A stretch of 64,000 bases of DNA from an uncultured Oscillospiraceae bacterium (GTDB lineage: Bacteria; Bacillota; Clostridia; Oscillospirales; CAG-382). Made by a program: the position numbers and the translations under genes. This document shows, piece after piece, positions 43,790 through 53,106 of the stretch. The stretch's first letter is position 1. Every line of letters starts with the position of its first letter. The notes beneath the pieces were generated by a model. That model did no database searches. It was not told where the DNA came from and worked only from the letters and a program-made list of their open reading frames with translations. The stretch spans positions 1,691 through 65,690 of the forward strand of contig CAZDVZ010000004.1 in assembly GCA_964509125.1 (NCBI GenBank), read 5' to 3'.

Positions 43790-44542
43790 ATGGCTACCTT
43801 TAAAGAAATTTTCGATTATTTAAACACAGTCTTTCCTAAATCGGATTCGGAACCGTGGGACACGGATGGAATTGATATTTGTCTTGATCCGTCTGTAGAA
43901 ATAAATAAAATTGTTTTGGCATTGGATGTTACATCAAAAATTGCAGACGAAGCAGAAAAAGAAGGTGCAAATTTAATTATCACTCACCACCCTCTTATAT
44001 TCAACAAAATTAATGAAATTGATGTTTCAAATTCCACATCCAAAAGAATTATTTCTCTTATATCGAAAGGTATTTCTTCAATTTCACTTCACACAAGGCT
44101 TGATAAACATCAAGGAGGAGTTACAGATTCTCTATGCAAGAAACTTGGGCTGTTCGTTGATGACAAAATTTGCAACGGTCTTGTAAATATTTGCCACGTG
44201 GAAGAAACGAGCTTTGAGAGTTTTACCCAAAAAACGGAAAAATCTTTTGGTATACCCATTCGCACATTTAAAAACAATGAGAAAGTAAAAACCATTGCGG
44301 TTTGCGGTGGTGGTGGAAAGTCTTTTGTTGACGATGTTGTTTTATATGGTGCAGATACATACATCACAGGTGAAGTAAGCCATCCCCAACTAATTGATGC
44401 CGAAGAATATGGACTAAATATTGTTCTGGGTAGTCATTATGCAACTGAAATAATGGTTTTACCTTTTTTGAAAAATGTGATTGAGGAAAAATTCACTAAT
44501 ATACCTGTAGTAATAAAATATACAAATGGTATCTCAAAATAA
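43790..44542 (+). CDS. Nif3-like dinuclear metal centre protein (YqfO family)
   Basis: 250 aa. ITHHPLIF and C-terminal GSHYATE motifs. Confidence 0.85.
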   Translation: MATFKEIFDYLNTVFPKSDSEPWDTDGIDICLDPSVEINKIVLALDVTSKIADEAEKEGANLIITHHPLIFNKINEIDVSNSTSKRIISLISKGISSISLHTRLDKHQGGVTDSLCKKLGLFVDDKICNGLVNICHVEETSFESFTQKTEKSFGIPIRTFKNNEKVKTIAVCGGGGKSFVDDVVLYGADTYITGEVSHPQLIDAEEYGLNIVLGSHYATEIMVLPFLKNVIEEKFTNIPVVIKYTNGISK

Positions 44543-44575
44543 AATAAATTTTTTAATCGATGTTTTACATAAATG

Positions 44576-44601
44576 AAAGGGCGAATTTCGTCCTTTTTTT
44601 T
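44576..44601 (+). terminator. Rho-independent terminator after the nif3-like gene
   Basis: Stem GGGCGA (44579-44584) pairs with TCGTCC (44588-44593), with one G-U pair. It is extended by A-T pairs, has a 3-nt loop, and is followed by a run of 8 T (44594-44601). Confidence 0.7.
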
Positions 44602-44651
44602 ATTTTGATAACGAAAAAAGGAAATGAGAAAATTAAATTTTAAAAAAACTA

Positions 44652-44680
44652 TTGAAATTCAGGGCATTTTGGTGTATAAT
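44652..44680 (+). promoter_or_regulatory. Sigma-A promoter for gpmI
   Basis: TTGAAA (44652-44657), 17-nt spacer, TATAAT (44675-44680). Confidence 0.55.
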
Positions 44681-44720
44681 GCAATATAGATAAAATTGTG
44701 ATAATGGGGGATAATTGACA

Positions 44721-46355
44721 ATGAAAAAAGGTATTTTTAATGGCGAATCAAGGCCTGTTGTAGCCATTGTTATGGACGGCATTGGGTACACCGAAAGAAC
44801 AGAAGGAAATGCAATCGCTGCAGCATACACACCTACCCTTGATATGCTTTGGGAAAAATATCCTAAATTCTTACTTAAAGCGCACGGAACGGCTGTTGGT
44901 CTTCCTTCTGATGACGATATGGGAAATTCAGAAGTTGGTCATAATGCTCTTGGGTCCGGACAAGTTTTTGCACAAGGCTCCAAACTTGTTTCCAACGCAA
45001 TTGAAAGTGAAAAAATATTTGAATCCGAAACTTGGAAAAAAATTGTTGAAAAAGGCTTAAACGGCGGTACAATCCACTTTATGGGACTTTTTTCTGACGG
45101 AAATGTTCATTCGCACATCGACCATCTCAAAGCACTTATCATAAAAGCAAAAGCAGAAGGAGTTTCTAAGGTAAGAATACACATTCTTCTTGACGGCAGA
45201 GATGTTGGAGAAACGAGCGCTCTTGAATATGTATCGCCTTTTGAAGATTTTATATCTTCTCTTCGCAGCGATTCTTTTGATATCAAAATTGCATCCGGCG
45301 GTGGAAGAATGGTAATAACCATGGACAGATACGACGCCAACTGGGCAATGGTTGAAGCAGGATGGAAAACCCATGTATTGGGCGAAGGAAGACAATTCGC
45401 ATCTGCAAAAGAAGCGATTGAAACATACAGAGCTGAAACCGGAAAAATCGATCAAGACCTACCCGCCTTTGTTATTGCTGAAAACGGAGCTCCCGTTGGA
45501 ACAATAAATGACGGCGACGCAGTTGTATTTTATAACTTCAGAGGAGATAGAGCTATTGAAATTTCAAGGGCTTTTGAAGAAGCAGATCTCCCCTATTTTG
45601 ATAGAATCAGAAAGCCGGACGTATTCTTTGCGGGAATGCTTGAATATGACGGTGACAAACATATTCCTTCGCACTATCTTGTTTCTCCCCCGGAAATAAG
45701 TAACACAATGGGAGAATTTTTGGCAAAGAATAAGGTTTCGCAATTTGCCGCATCTGAAACTCAAAAGTTTGGACACGTAACGTATTTTTGGAACGGAAAC
45801 AGAAGTGGTTACTTTGATGAAAATTACGAAGAATATGCCGAAATTCCTTCTGACATAGTTCCATTTGAACAACGTCCTTGGATGCAATGTGCCCTCATTA
45901 CAGATCTTCTTATTGAAAAAATCAAATCCGGAAAATTTTCATTCCTCCGTGTCAACTTTCCAAACGGAGACATGGTAGGACACACAGGCGATTTTAATGC
46001 AGCAAGAATTTCCGTTGAAGCACTCGACATTTGTCTTTCAAGAATTCTAAAAGCGGTAGACGAGGCTAAAGGCGTTGCTATCATAACCGCCGACCACGGA
46101 AATGCCGATGAAATGTATGAGATAAACAAAAAGACAGGAAAACCATCTGTTGACGGCAACGGTAAAATTAAATCTAAAACAAGTCACACATTAAATCCTG
46201 TTCCTCTTTACATTTATGATAACTTCTATACGGCTAATTATACTCCTGCCGATATTGAAAATCCCGGATTGGCAAATGTTGCCGCAACCGTTGTAAATAT
46301 GTTGGGTTTTGATGCCCCGGAAATGTGGGAAAAATCCCTTATAAGCTTAAAGTAA
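44721..46355 (+). CDS. gpmI: 2,3-bisphosphoglycerate-independent phosphoglycerate mutase, long plant-like type
   Basis: ORF 44715..46355. ATG 44721 is preferred. [81 protein letters not shown], and [10 protein letters not shown]. Confidence 0.9.
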   Translation: [544 protein letters not shown]

Positions 46356-46363
46356 TTTATTTA

Positions 46364-46391
46364 TCGAAGAGGTGTTAAAGCACCTCTTCGA
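46364..46391 (+). terminator. Strong hairpin after gpmI (probable terminator, no U-tract)
   Basis: Perfect 11-bp stem (46364-46374 TCGAAGAGGTG pairs with 46381-46391 CACCTCTTCGA) with a 6-nt loop. There is no T-run on either side. Confidence 0.4.
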
Positions 46392-46414
46392 CTCAAACCA
46401 ATGGAGATCTCAAT

Positions 46415-47173
46415 ATGTTATTTCAACTTTTAGGCGGTGCTTTAGACCAAGATTCTATCATCATATTATTGATGTCGATTCCAATAATTTTAATAAGTCT
46501 TTCCTTGCATGAATTAAGCCATGGATATGTCGCTTTATTATGTGGAGATCCAACGGCAAGAAACTTTGGAAGGCTTACCATGAATCCTACAAAACATCTT
46601 GATCCCATCGGGGCTTTGATGATGTTTCTTGTTGGTTTTGGATGGGCAAAACCTGTTCCTGTGAATCCAAGGAATTTCAAAAATTCCAAAAGAGATACGG
46701 CTCTCGTTGGTCTTGCCGGTCCGGTTTCTAATATTTTGTTAGCATTTGTTTGTACTTTTCTTTTATTTTTAGTATGCCGAATGAATGGTCTTAAAATAAT
46801 AGAAGAAGCAATATATTACACAAGCATTTCCGCAAAGAATGAGACGAGCAAGATAACATTGGTTTTAATACAATTTTTATCAATGGCAATAACACTAAAT
46901 TTGGGTCTCGCTGTTTTTAATCTTATCCCCATCCCACCTCTTGACGGATCAAGGATAGTTTCGGCGGTTATCCCCAATAAGTATTACCACTCTTATACTA
47001 ATATCGAACAACATTCAAGAATAATTTTTTTGGTATTGATCTTTTCATCCTACATTCCTTTTCCCTTTGGGAGCTTTAATTACCTTTCCGACCTTCTTTT
47101 CTTCCCCGTGGATTGGCTTAGAGATGCTTTGTATACCGTCTTCTTCTCATTGTTCGAATTTATATTTTTTTAA
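46415..47173 (+). CDS. Site-2 protease family (M50) intramembrane metalloprotease
   Basis: 252 aa, polytopic. HELSHG zinc motif and a second motif NLIPIPPLDGSRI. Confidence 0.8.
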   Translation: MLFQLLGGALDQDSIIILLMSIPIILISLSLHELSHGYVALLCGDPTARNFGRLTMNPTKHLDPIGALMMFLVGFGWAKPVPVNPRNFKNSKRDTALVGLAGPVSNILLAFVCTFLLFLVCRMNGLKIIEEAIYYTSISAKNETSKITLVLIQFLSMAITLNLGLAVFNLIPIPPLDGSRIVSAVIPNKYYHSYTNIEQHSRIIFLVLIFSSYIPFPFGSFNYLSDLLFFPVDWLRDALYTVFFSLFEFIFF

Positions 47174-47193
47174 CTTTAGGATAGGATAAAAAA

Positions 47194-47910
47194 ATGGAAG
47201 ATTTTAGCGTAGTTTTAGATATGTACAACGGCCCGATCGAACTTCTGCTTTCTCTTATAAGTAAGCACGAAATTGACATTTTTGATATTCCGATTGCTAC
47301 GTTGGCAGATCAGTATATGGCGGAGATCAATAAATTTCAAGAACTTAATTTAGATATTACAGCGGAATTTATTGAAATGGGATCTTATTTAATGCTCATA
47401 AAATCTAAAATGCTGCTTCCACGAACAGAAAAAGAACCTGATCCTCGCGCTGAACTTGTTGATAACCTTCTTGCTTATAGAAATGCTAAATTTGCAAGCG
47501 AAATCCTCTCCAAACGCCTTGAACAATTTTTCAACAGATATCCAAAGGAACCATCGCCCACTGACGGAAAATACACCGGAAAAGTTGCTATTTCTCTTTT
47601 GAGAGACGCTTTCGAACGTATGTCTTTGCGCCGTGCGGTGGAAACATTTAAAGACGAAAAAGAGGGTTTTTTTGAAAAAATCGAAAAAGAACGATATCAC
47701 ACCGTAGAATCAAAAACACTTATTTTGTGCAAAAGATTAGAGGTACAAAAATCAGTTCATTTTTATGATTTTTTTGAAAACAGCGAATCTAACAACGAGA
47801 TCATCGCAATATTCTTAGCATTACTCGATATTATAAGATTGGGAATGGCGTATATTATCAAAAAAGATGATGATGTAATAATTCACTTATCAGAAGTGGA
47901 AGACGAATAA
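47194..47910 (+). CDS. scpA: Segregation and condensation protein A
   Basis: 238 aa. The N-terminus F.V.LD.Y.GP.ELLL.LI.K.EIDIFDIPIA is typical of ScpA. Followed by scpB. Confidence 0.9.
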   Translation: MEDFSVVLDMYNGPIELLLSLISKHEIDIFDIPIATLADQYMAEINKFQELNLDITAEFIEMGSYLMLIKSKMLLPRTEKEPDPRAELVDNLLAYRNAKFASEILSKRLEQFFNRYPKEPSPTDGKYTGKVAISLLRDAFERMSLRRAVETFKDEKEGFFEKIEKERYHTVESKTLILCKRLEVQKSVHFYDFFENSESNNEIIAIFLALLDIIRLGMAYIIKKDDDVIIHLSEVEDE

Positions 47911-47939
47911 CTATAATTCTTTATCGAAAGGAAGCATTT

Positions 47940-48608
47940 ATGGCGTATGAAGGAAAAATAGAAGCTGTACTTTTTGTTAGTGGAAACCCTGTTCACTTTG
48001 ACAAGCTTTGCGAGATTTTTTCATTGCAACCTGAGGAAATGCTTTCTGAGCTTGAATCTCTCGAAAAAATGAAATCATGTGATGACAGCGGATTATCTTT
48101 GATAAAGTTGGATGGTTCATATCAACTTTGCACAAAACAAAACACTTCTGAATATGTAAAAAGATTTTTAGAAATGAAGAAGGCACCTCCTCTTTCTAAA
48201 GCGGCTTTAGAAGTTCTTGCCATAACGGCGTATCATCAACCGGTAACAAGATCGTTTATAGAGCAAGTCAGAGGAATAGAGTCTTCGTCCATAGTAGCCG
48301 GACTGGAGGAAAAGGGACTGCTTGCAGAATGTGGTCATCTTGATGCGCCCGGCAGACCCGTATTATTTACCACCACAGAAACATTTTTGCGTTCATTCGG
48401 TCTTGAATCTCTCGACGATCTTCCCCAATTGCCTGAGGAGTATTCTTTGGACAACGGACAAATGTCCTTGGATATGGAATTTTCATCAGCGGGTTCGGAT
48501 GTCAAAGACGACCAATCTACAGCATTAACTACAGCTCAAAATGAGTGCGAAGAAAACGATTTGAATAATGCATCAGAAAACGCTGATGCTAACATTGACT
48601 TATCATGA
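47940..48608 (+). CDS. scpB: Segregation and condensation protein B
   Basis: 222 aa. IEAVLFVSG, LEVLAITAYHQPVTR, GRPVLFTTT and FLRSFGL motifs. Acidic C-terminal tail. Confidence 0.9.
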   Translation: MAYEGKIEAVLFVSGNPVHFDKLCEIFSLQPEEMLSELESLEKMKSCDDSGLSLIKLDGSYQLCTKQNTSEYVKRFLEMKKAPPLSKAALEVLAITAYHQPVTRSFIEQVRGIESSSIVAGLEEKGLLAECGHLDAPGRPVLFTTTETFLRSFGLESLDDLPQLPEEYSLDNGQMSLDMEFSSAGSDVKDDQSTALTTAQNECEENDLNNASENADANIDLS

Positions 48609-49273
48609 CAGCATTATATATTTTATTATTTTTGCTATTTTTTATTGTTCTTTTACTTTGCACGAAAATTGTTTTTTCGTTTAAATTTGACGGAAATATA
48701 AGATTCAGTATTCGATTCCTTTTTATAAAATTTGGCTTCAACATTCCTGTACTTTATAAGTCCAAAGAAACCGAAGCAGAAGAAAAGGAAGAAGAAGAAT
48801 ATGTATACGTTAAAAAGAAAACATCGAAAAAGAAGAAGAAAAGCAAAAAAGAGGATAAGCTCCCCTTTCCCGGCTTAAAAAATGCGATTGTTTTTTTCAA
48901 AGATGCTGTTATAGATGTTTTTGGAAAAGTCATTCACTCATTCAGACTGGAAAAAATGCATTTCAGAGGAATCGCAGCTTCAAAAGACGCTGCTAAAACC
49001 GCTGAACTTTACGGTGCGATGTGTACTGCAGCATCCGCACTCCATCAATTTGCCACAAACGCAAAAGGCATAAAAAAGAATGCTGTTTACATTGAGGTAC
49101 TCCCCGATTTTTTGGCGGAAACACCTGATTTTTATGCAGATTTAAAGTTTTCAATAAGATTATTTAGAATTTTACTTATACTCAAAAAAGTGCTTTCTGT
49201 TTGGTTCGATTATAAAAAACTTTGTTATAAAGTTTTGGAAGAAAAAAAGAATGATGAAACGAATCAAAATTAA
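48605..49273 (+). CDS. Membrane-anchored protein with a Lys/Glu-rich linker (DUF2953/YtfI-like)
   Basis: 222 aa. N-terminal TM helix, then the F.F.I.FLFIKF pattern and a KKKKSKKE linker. ATGA overlap with scpB. The family call is from recollection only. Confidence 0.45.
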   Translation: MTALYILLFLLFFIVLLLCTKIVFSFKFDGNIRFSIRFLFIKFGFNIPVLYKSKETEAEEKEEEEYVYVKKKTSKKKKKSKKEDKLPFPGLKNAIVFFKDAVIDVFGKVIHSFRLEKMHFRGIAASKDAAKTAELYGAMCTAASALHQFATNAKGIKKNAVYIEVLPDFLAETPDFYADLKFSIRLFRILLILKKVLSVWFDYKKLCYKVLEEKKNDETNQN

Positions 49274-49386
49274 AAAGCAGACAGAAACAAATAACAATCG
49301 CAAATTCCACGAATTTGCCAAAATTATTTTAAAATAAAGTATTTTATCATGTTTGTATTAAGTTTTAAGAAAGGAAAGTCGACACG

Positions 49387-51822
49387 TTGCGAAAACGCAA
49401 CAGTGTGCAAAAGCTTAAAAAAATGATTGATTGCATACCGGCTGAACAGGTTTCTTTTAATAACCTAAAAAGGAGCCTGTTAGAAAAAGTCTACAACAAA
49501 CTTAACGAAGAACAGAAAGAGGCAGTTTTTACAGCTAATGGCCCTTTACTTGTAATAGCGGGTGCCGGAAGCGGCAAAACAACTGTTCTTGTAAACAGAG
49601 TGGAATATCTTTGTTTCTTTGGAAATTTATATGAAGAAAATATTCCCGCTACAAAAAAAGATTTGAATTATCTTGAAGAGTTTTCAGATTCATCTGTATC
49701 TGATATTCGTAATGCATTAAAAAAATATGTTAAAAACGTACCCGCACCGTGGGAAGTACTTTGCATAACTTTTACAAATAAGGCAGCAAACGAGATAAAA
49801 GAACGTCTTGCTTTGACCCTTGGAGAGTCGAGTAAATATGTATGGGCTGGAACATTTCACTCTATATGCTCCAAAATACTCAGAAGACATATCGACCTTC
49901 TTGGTGGCTATAAAAATGATTTTACGATATACGACACAGCCGATTGCAAACGTCTCGTAACCGAAGTTCTTAAAAAATTAAAGATTGACGATAAGATCTA
50001 TACTCCCCAGTCAATGCTTGCAGCAATTGGTAAGGCAAAAGAAAAATGTATAGAAGCTCAAGATTATCTCGCAGTTTCAACTGATCTTAGAGCGGAAATT
50101 ATTTCAGAAGTATATAAAGAATATCAAGCAAGACTTGTTGCCTCTAACGCACTTGATTTTGACGACATAATTCTTAATGCTCTAAAACTCTTTAAAAATC
50201 ATAAAGAAATACTCAATAAATACAGCAATCAATTTAAGTATATTTTAGTTGACGAATACCAAGACACAAACACTACTCAAGATCTTCTTGTAAGATATCT
50301 TGCTTCTACACACAAAAACATTTGCGTTGTTGGGGATGACGACCAAAGTATATATGCATTCAGAGGCGCAGTAGTTGACAATATTCTTTCTTTCGATAAA
50401 CATTATCCCACGGCTAAAATAATCAAATTAGAACGAAACTATCGTTCAACCCAGACAATCCTTAATGCAGCTAACGCAATTATTGCCAATAATAAAGGCA
50501 GACGTGGAAAAGAACTTTGGACCGATGCTGATAGGGGCGAAAGAATTATTCTCAAAAAACAATTCACCCAAAGCGAAGAAGCGGGTTACATCGTAACGTA
50601 CATCAAGGATAAAGTTACATCAGGCGAATGTTCCTACAAGGATTTTGCCGTACTTTACAGGCAAAAAGCTCAAGCCAATGCACTTGAGATCATTTTCTCA
50701 AAAAGTAATATTCCATATCGTGTTTTTGGAAGCTTGCGTTTCTATGATAGAAAAGAAATTAAAGACCTGACTTCTTATCTCCATGTAATAGATAACCCTA
50801 ATGATTCTATCAGAATTAAGAGGATCATTAATGTCCCAAAACGAGCAATAGGAAATACAACAATTTCGCTTTTAGAAGACATTGCAACCAAAAACGAAAA
50901 GAGTGTTTATGATGTAATAACAAATGCCGAAACATATCCGGAGCTTCAAAAATCGATTCCAAAAATAAAAGTTTTCCAAGGACTGATTGAATACCTTAGA
51001 GAATACGCCGAATCTGCTTCTGTATCAGATCTTATAAAAGAAGTTATTACAAAAACCTCATATAAAGAATACATTTTAGAAACAGAAGATGACAAAGATA
51101 AAGCACAACTTCCCGATGAGCTTGTTTCGGGCGCATTAATGTACGAACAAAGAGCTTTGGAAAATGGCGAAACACCAACCTTGAAGGGTTTTTTAGAAGA
51201 AGTTGCGTTACTTACAGATGTTGATAATATGGATAGCTCCAAAGATGCCGTTACATTAATGACGGTCCACAGCGCTAAGGGGCTTGAGTTTAACACAGTA
51301 TTTCTTCCCGGATTTGAAGAAGGAGTTTTTCCGGGAACCCAAACAATGGCAGGGTCATCAAGTGAAATGGAAGAAGAAAGAAGACTTGCATATGTAGCTG
51401 TTACAAGAGCAAAAAAACAACTTATAATTTGTCACGCAAATACAAGACTTCTTTATGGAAAAACCTCCTCAAACCAATTATCCAGATTCGCCCTTGAAAT
51501 TCCAAAAGAACTTGTAATCATTGAACAGCCAATGAAAACAGTTTACAACCATAACGCATCTGAATCCAAAAGAAAATATGCAAACAGCAGAGATTCTTTC
51601 CTTAAAAACACTACAGCCGCTGCAAAAAATTCTCATCACGATTTCACCGAAAAAGGAGAAATGATTAATGTGGGAGACAGAGTTTCCCATAATCTTTTTG
51701 GAAACGGCGAAGTTTTATCTGTTTTGGATATTAAAAAGGATTTTATATATGAAATAAAATTTGATTCGGGCACAACAAAAAAAGTTATGGCGAGCTTTTG
51801 TAAACTCAAAAAAATTAATTAA
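49387..51822 (+). CDS. pcrA: ATP-dependent DNA helicase PcrA/UvrD family
   Basis: 811 aa. The start is ambiguous (TTG 49387 after GAAAGGAAAG, or ATG 49423). LNEEQKEAV, AGAGSGKTT, VDEYQDTN, VHSAKGLEF, and YVAVTRAK. Confidence 0.9.
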   Translation: MRKRNSVQKLKKMIDCIPAEQVSFNNLKRSLLEKVYNKLNEEQKEAVFTANGPLLVIAGAGSGKTTVLVNRVEYLCFFGNLYEENIPATKKDLNYLEEFSDSSVSDIRNALKKYVKNVPAPWEVLCITFTNKAANEIKERLALTLGESSKYVWAGTFHSICSKILRRHIDLLGGYKNDFTIYDTADCKRLVTEVLKKLKIDDKIYTPQSMLAAIGKAKEKCIEAQDYLAVSTDLRAEIISEVYKEYQARLVASNALDFDDIILNALKLFKNHKEILNKYSNQFKYILVDEYQDTNTTQDLLVRYLASTHKNICVVGDDDQSIYAFRGAVVDNILSFDKHYPTAKIIKLERNYRSTQTILNAANAIIANNKGRRGKELWTDADRGERIILKKQFTQSEEAGYIVTYIKDKVTSGECSYKDFAVLYRQKAQANALEIIFSKSNIPYRVFGSLRFYDRKEIKDLTSYLHVIDNPNDSIRIKRIINVPKRAIGNTTISLLEDIATKNEKSVYDVITNAETYPELQKSIPKIKVFQGLIEYLREYAESASVSDLIKEVITKTSYKEYILETEDDKDKAQLPDELVSGALMYEQRALENGETPTLKGFLEEVALLTDVDNMDSSKDAVTLMTVHSAKGLEFNTVFLPGFEEGVFPGTQTMAGSSSEMEEERRLAYVAVTRAKKQLIICHANTRLLYGKTSSNQLSRFALEIPKELVIIEQPMKTVYNHNASESKRKYANSRDSFLKNTTAAAKNSHHDFTEKGEMINVGDRVSHNLFGNGEVLSVLDIKKDFIYEIKFDSGTTKKVMASFCKLKKIN

Positions 51823-51839
51823 TGAAAGAAGGACACATT

Positions 51840-53090
51840 ATGGCAGTCATCAAACCTATCAAACCGTTGCGCTTTGCGGACAAAAAAACAATAGATTCGT
51901 GTGTATGCCCCCCATATGACATAATTAGCGATAAAGAAAGAGAAGAGATCGTTAAAAGAAACGATCACAATATTGTAATCCTTGAAAAACCGGAAGGCGA
52001 AAACAAATACGAAAACGCGGGGTCACTTTTAAAAGCGTGGATAAAAGAAGGCGTTTTAAAACGTGACGATTCAGAAGGTATTTTTGTTTATCAAGAAAAG
52101 TTTTCCGTTGCAGGAAAAGAATATGTATTTGACGGTCTTGTATGCCTTGCAAAACTTTACGAGTTTTCAGAAAAAGTAGTTCTTCCCCACGAAGAAACTC
52201 TTTCAAAAGCGAAGCAAGACAGACTAAATCTGCTTACTGCTACACATTGCAACTTCTCTTCTGTTTATTCTCTCTATATGGATGAAGAAAAAACAGTTGA
52301 AAAAATCATTGAAAAAGCAAAAAATCTTGATTGTGAGTGTTCTTTTACCGACAACGAAAATGTTACACACACTCTTTGGAAGATTACTGATAAAGATGAC
52401 TTGAACGAGCTTGTAGTTGCGTTTAAGGACAAGCAACTCTTTATTGCCGACGGACATCACAGATACGAAACAAGTCTTAACTACAGAAGAATATGCAAAG
52501 AGCAAGGAATTACTGACCTTGATACAGATTACATACTTATGACTCTTGTTGATATGGATAACAAGGGCTTGGTGATCATGCCAACTCATCGTGTTATTAC
52601 AGAAAAAGGCTTAGACATCGATGCATTGAAAGAAAAATGTAAATCAGAGTTTGAAATCGTTGAAATGGATGACATTAATACGGCAGAAAAAACACTTGCT
52701 TCTCTTTCTGACATTCATGCATACGCGCTTTACAGCGGAGGAAATGGTTACACACTTTTCAAGCGCAAAGAGGACGCTGTTATTGAAGGACATTCTGACG
52801 CATACTGCGGACTCGATGTTTCTGTTCTTCACACGCTCATCCTTGAAAAAGGCTTGGGAATCGATAAAGAAAATATGGCTAATCAAAAAAGCCTTATTTA
52901 CACAAGAAGCATTGACGAAGCAGTAAGCCTCGTTAAAAACGGCGATGCATCTTGCACTTTTATTCTTAATTCCACAAAAGTTCAACAAATTAAAGCCGTT
53001 TCCTTGGCGGGAGACAAGATGCCTCAAAAATCTACCTATTTTTATCCTAAGCTTATAACAGGACTTGTTATAAATTGCCTTGAAAAATAA
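51840..53090 (+). CDS. DUF1015 family protein
   Basis: ORF 51822..53090. ATG 51840 is preferred, 7 nt after [19 protein letters not shown]-terminus, CPPYDIIS, and [12 protein letters not shown]. Confidence 0.8.
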   Translation: MAVIKPIKPLRFADKKTIDSCVCPPYDIISDKEREEIVKRNDHNIVILEKPEGENKYENAGSLLKAWIKEGVLKRDDSEGIFVYQEKFSVAGKEYVFDGLVCLAKLYEFSEKVVLPHEETLSKAKQDRLNLLTATHCNFSSVYSLYMDEEKTVEKIIEKAKNLDCECSFTDNENVTHTLWKITDKDDLNELVVAFKDKQLFIADGHHRYETSLNYRRICKEQGITDLDTDYILMTLVDMDNKGLVIMPTHRVITEKGLDIDALKEKCKSEFEIVEMDDINTAEKTLASLSDIHAYALYSGGNGYTLFKRKEDAVIEGHSDAYCGLDVSVLHTLILEKGLGIDKENMANQKSLIYTRSIDEAVSLVKNGDASCTFILNSTKVQQIKAVSLAGDKMPQKSTYFYPKLITGLVINCLEK

Positions 53091-53106
53091 TTTATCGGAG
53101 CTTTAT

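Noticed and set aside
49386-49401. Hairpin GTTGCGaaaaCGCAAC overlapping the candidate TTG start of pcrA. Also the small hairpin CAAATTCcacGAATTTG at 49301-49317.
   Set aside because: The stems are only 6-7 bp with no U-tract. The true pcrA start may be ATG 49423. There is too little evidence to call a regulatory element or a terminator.
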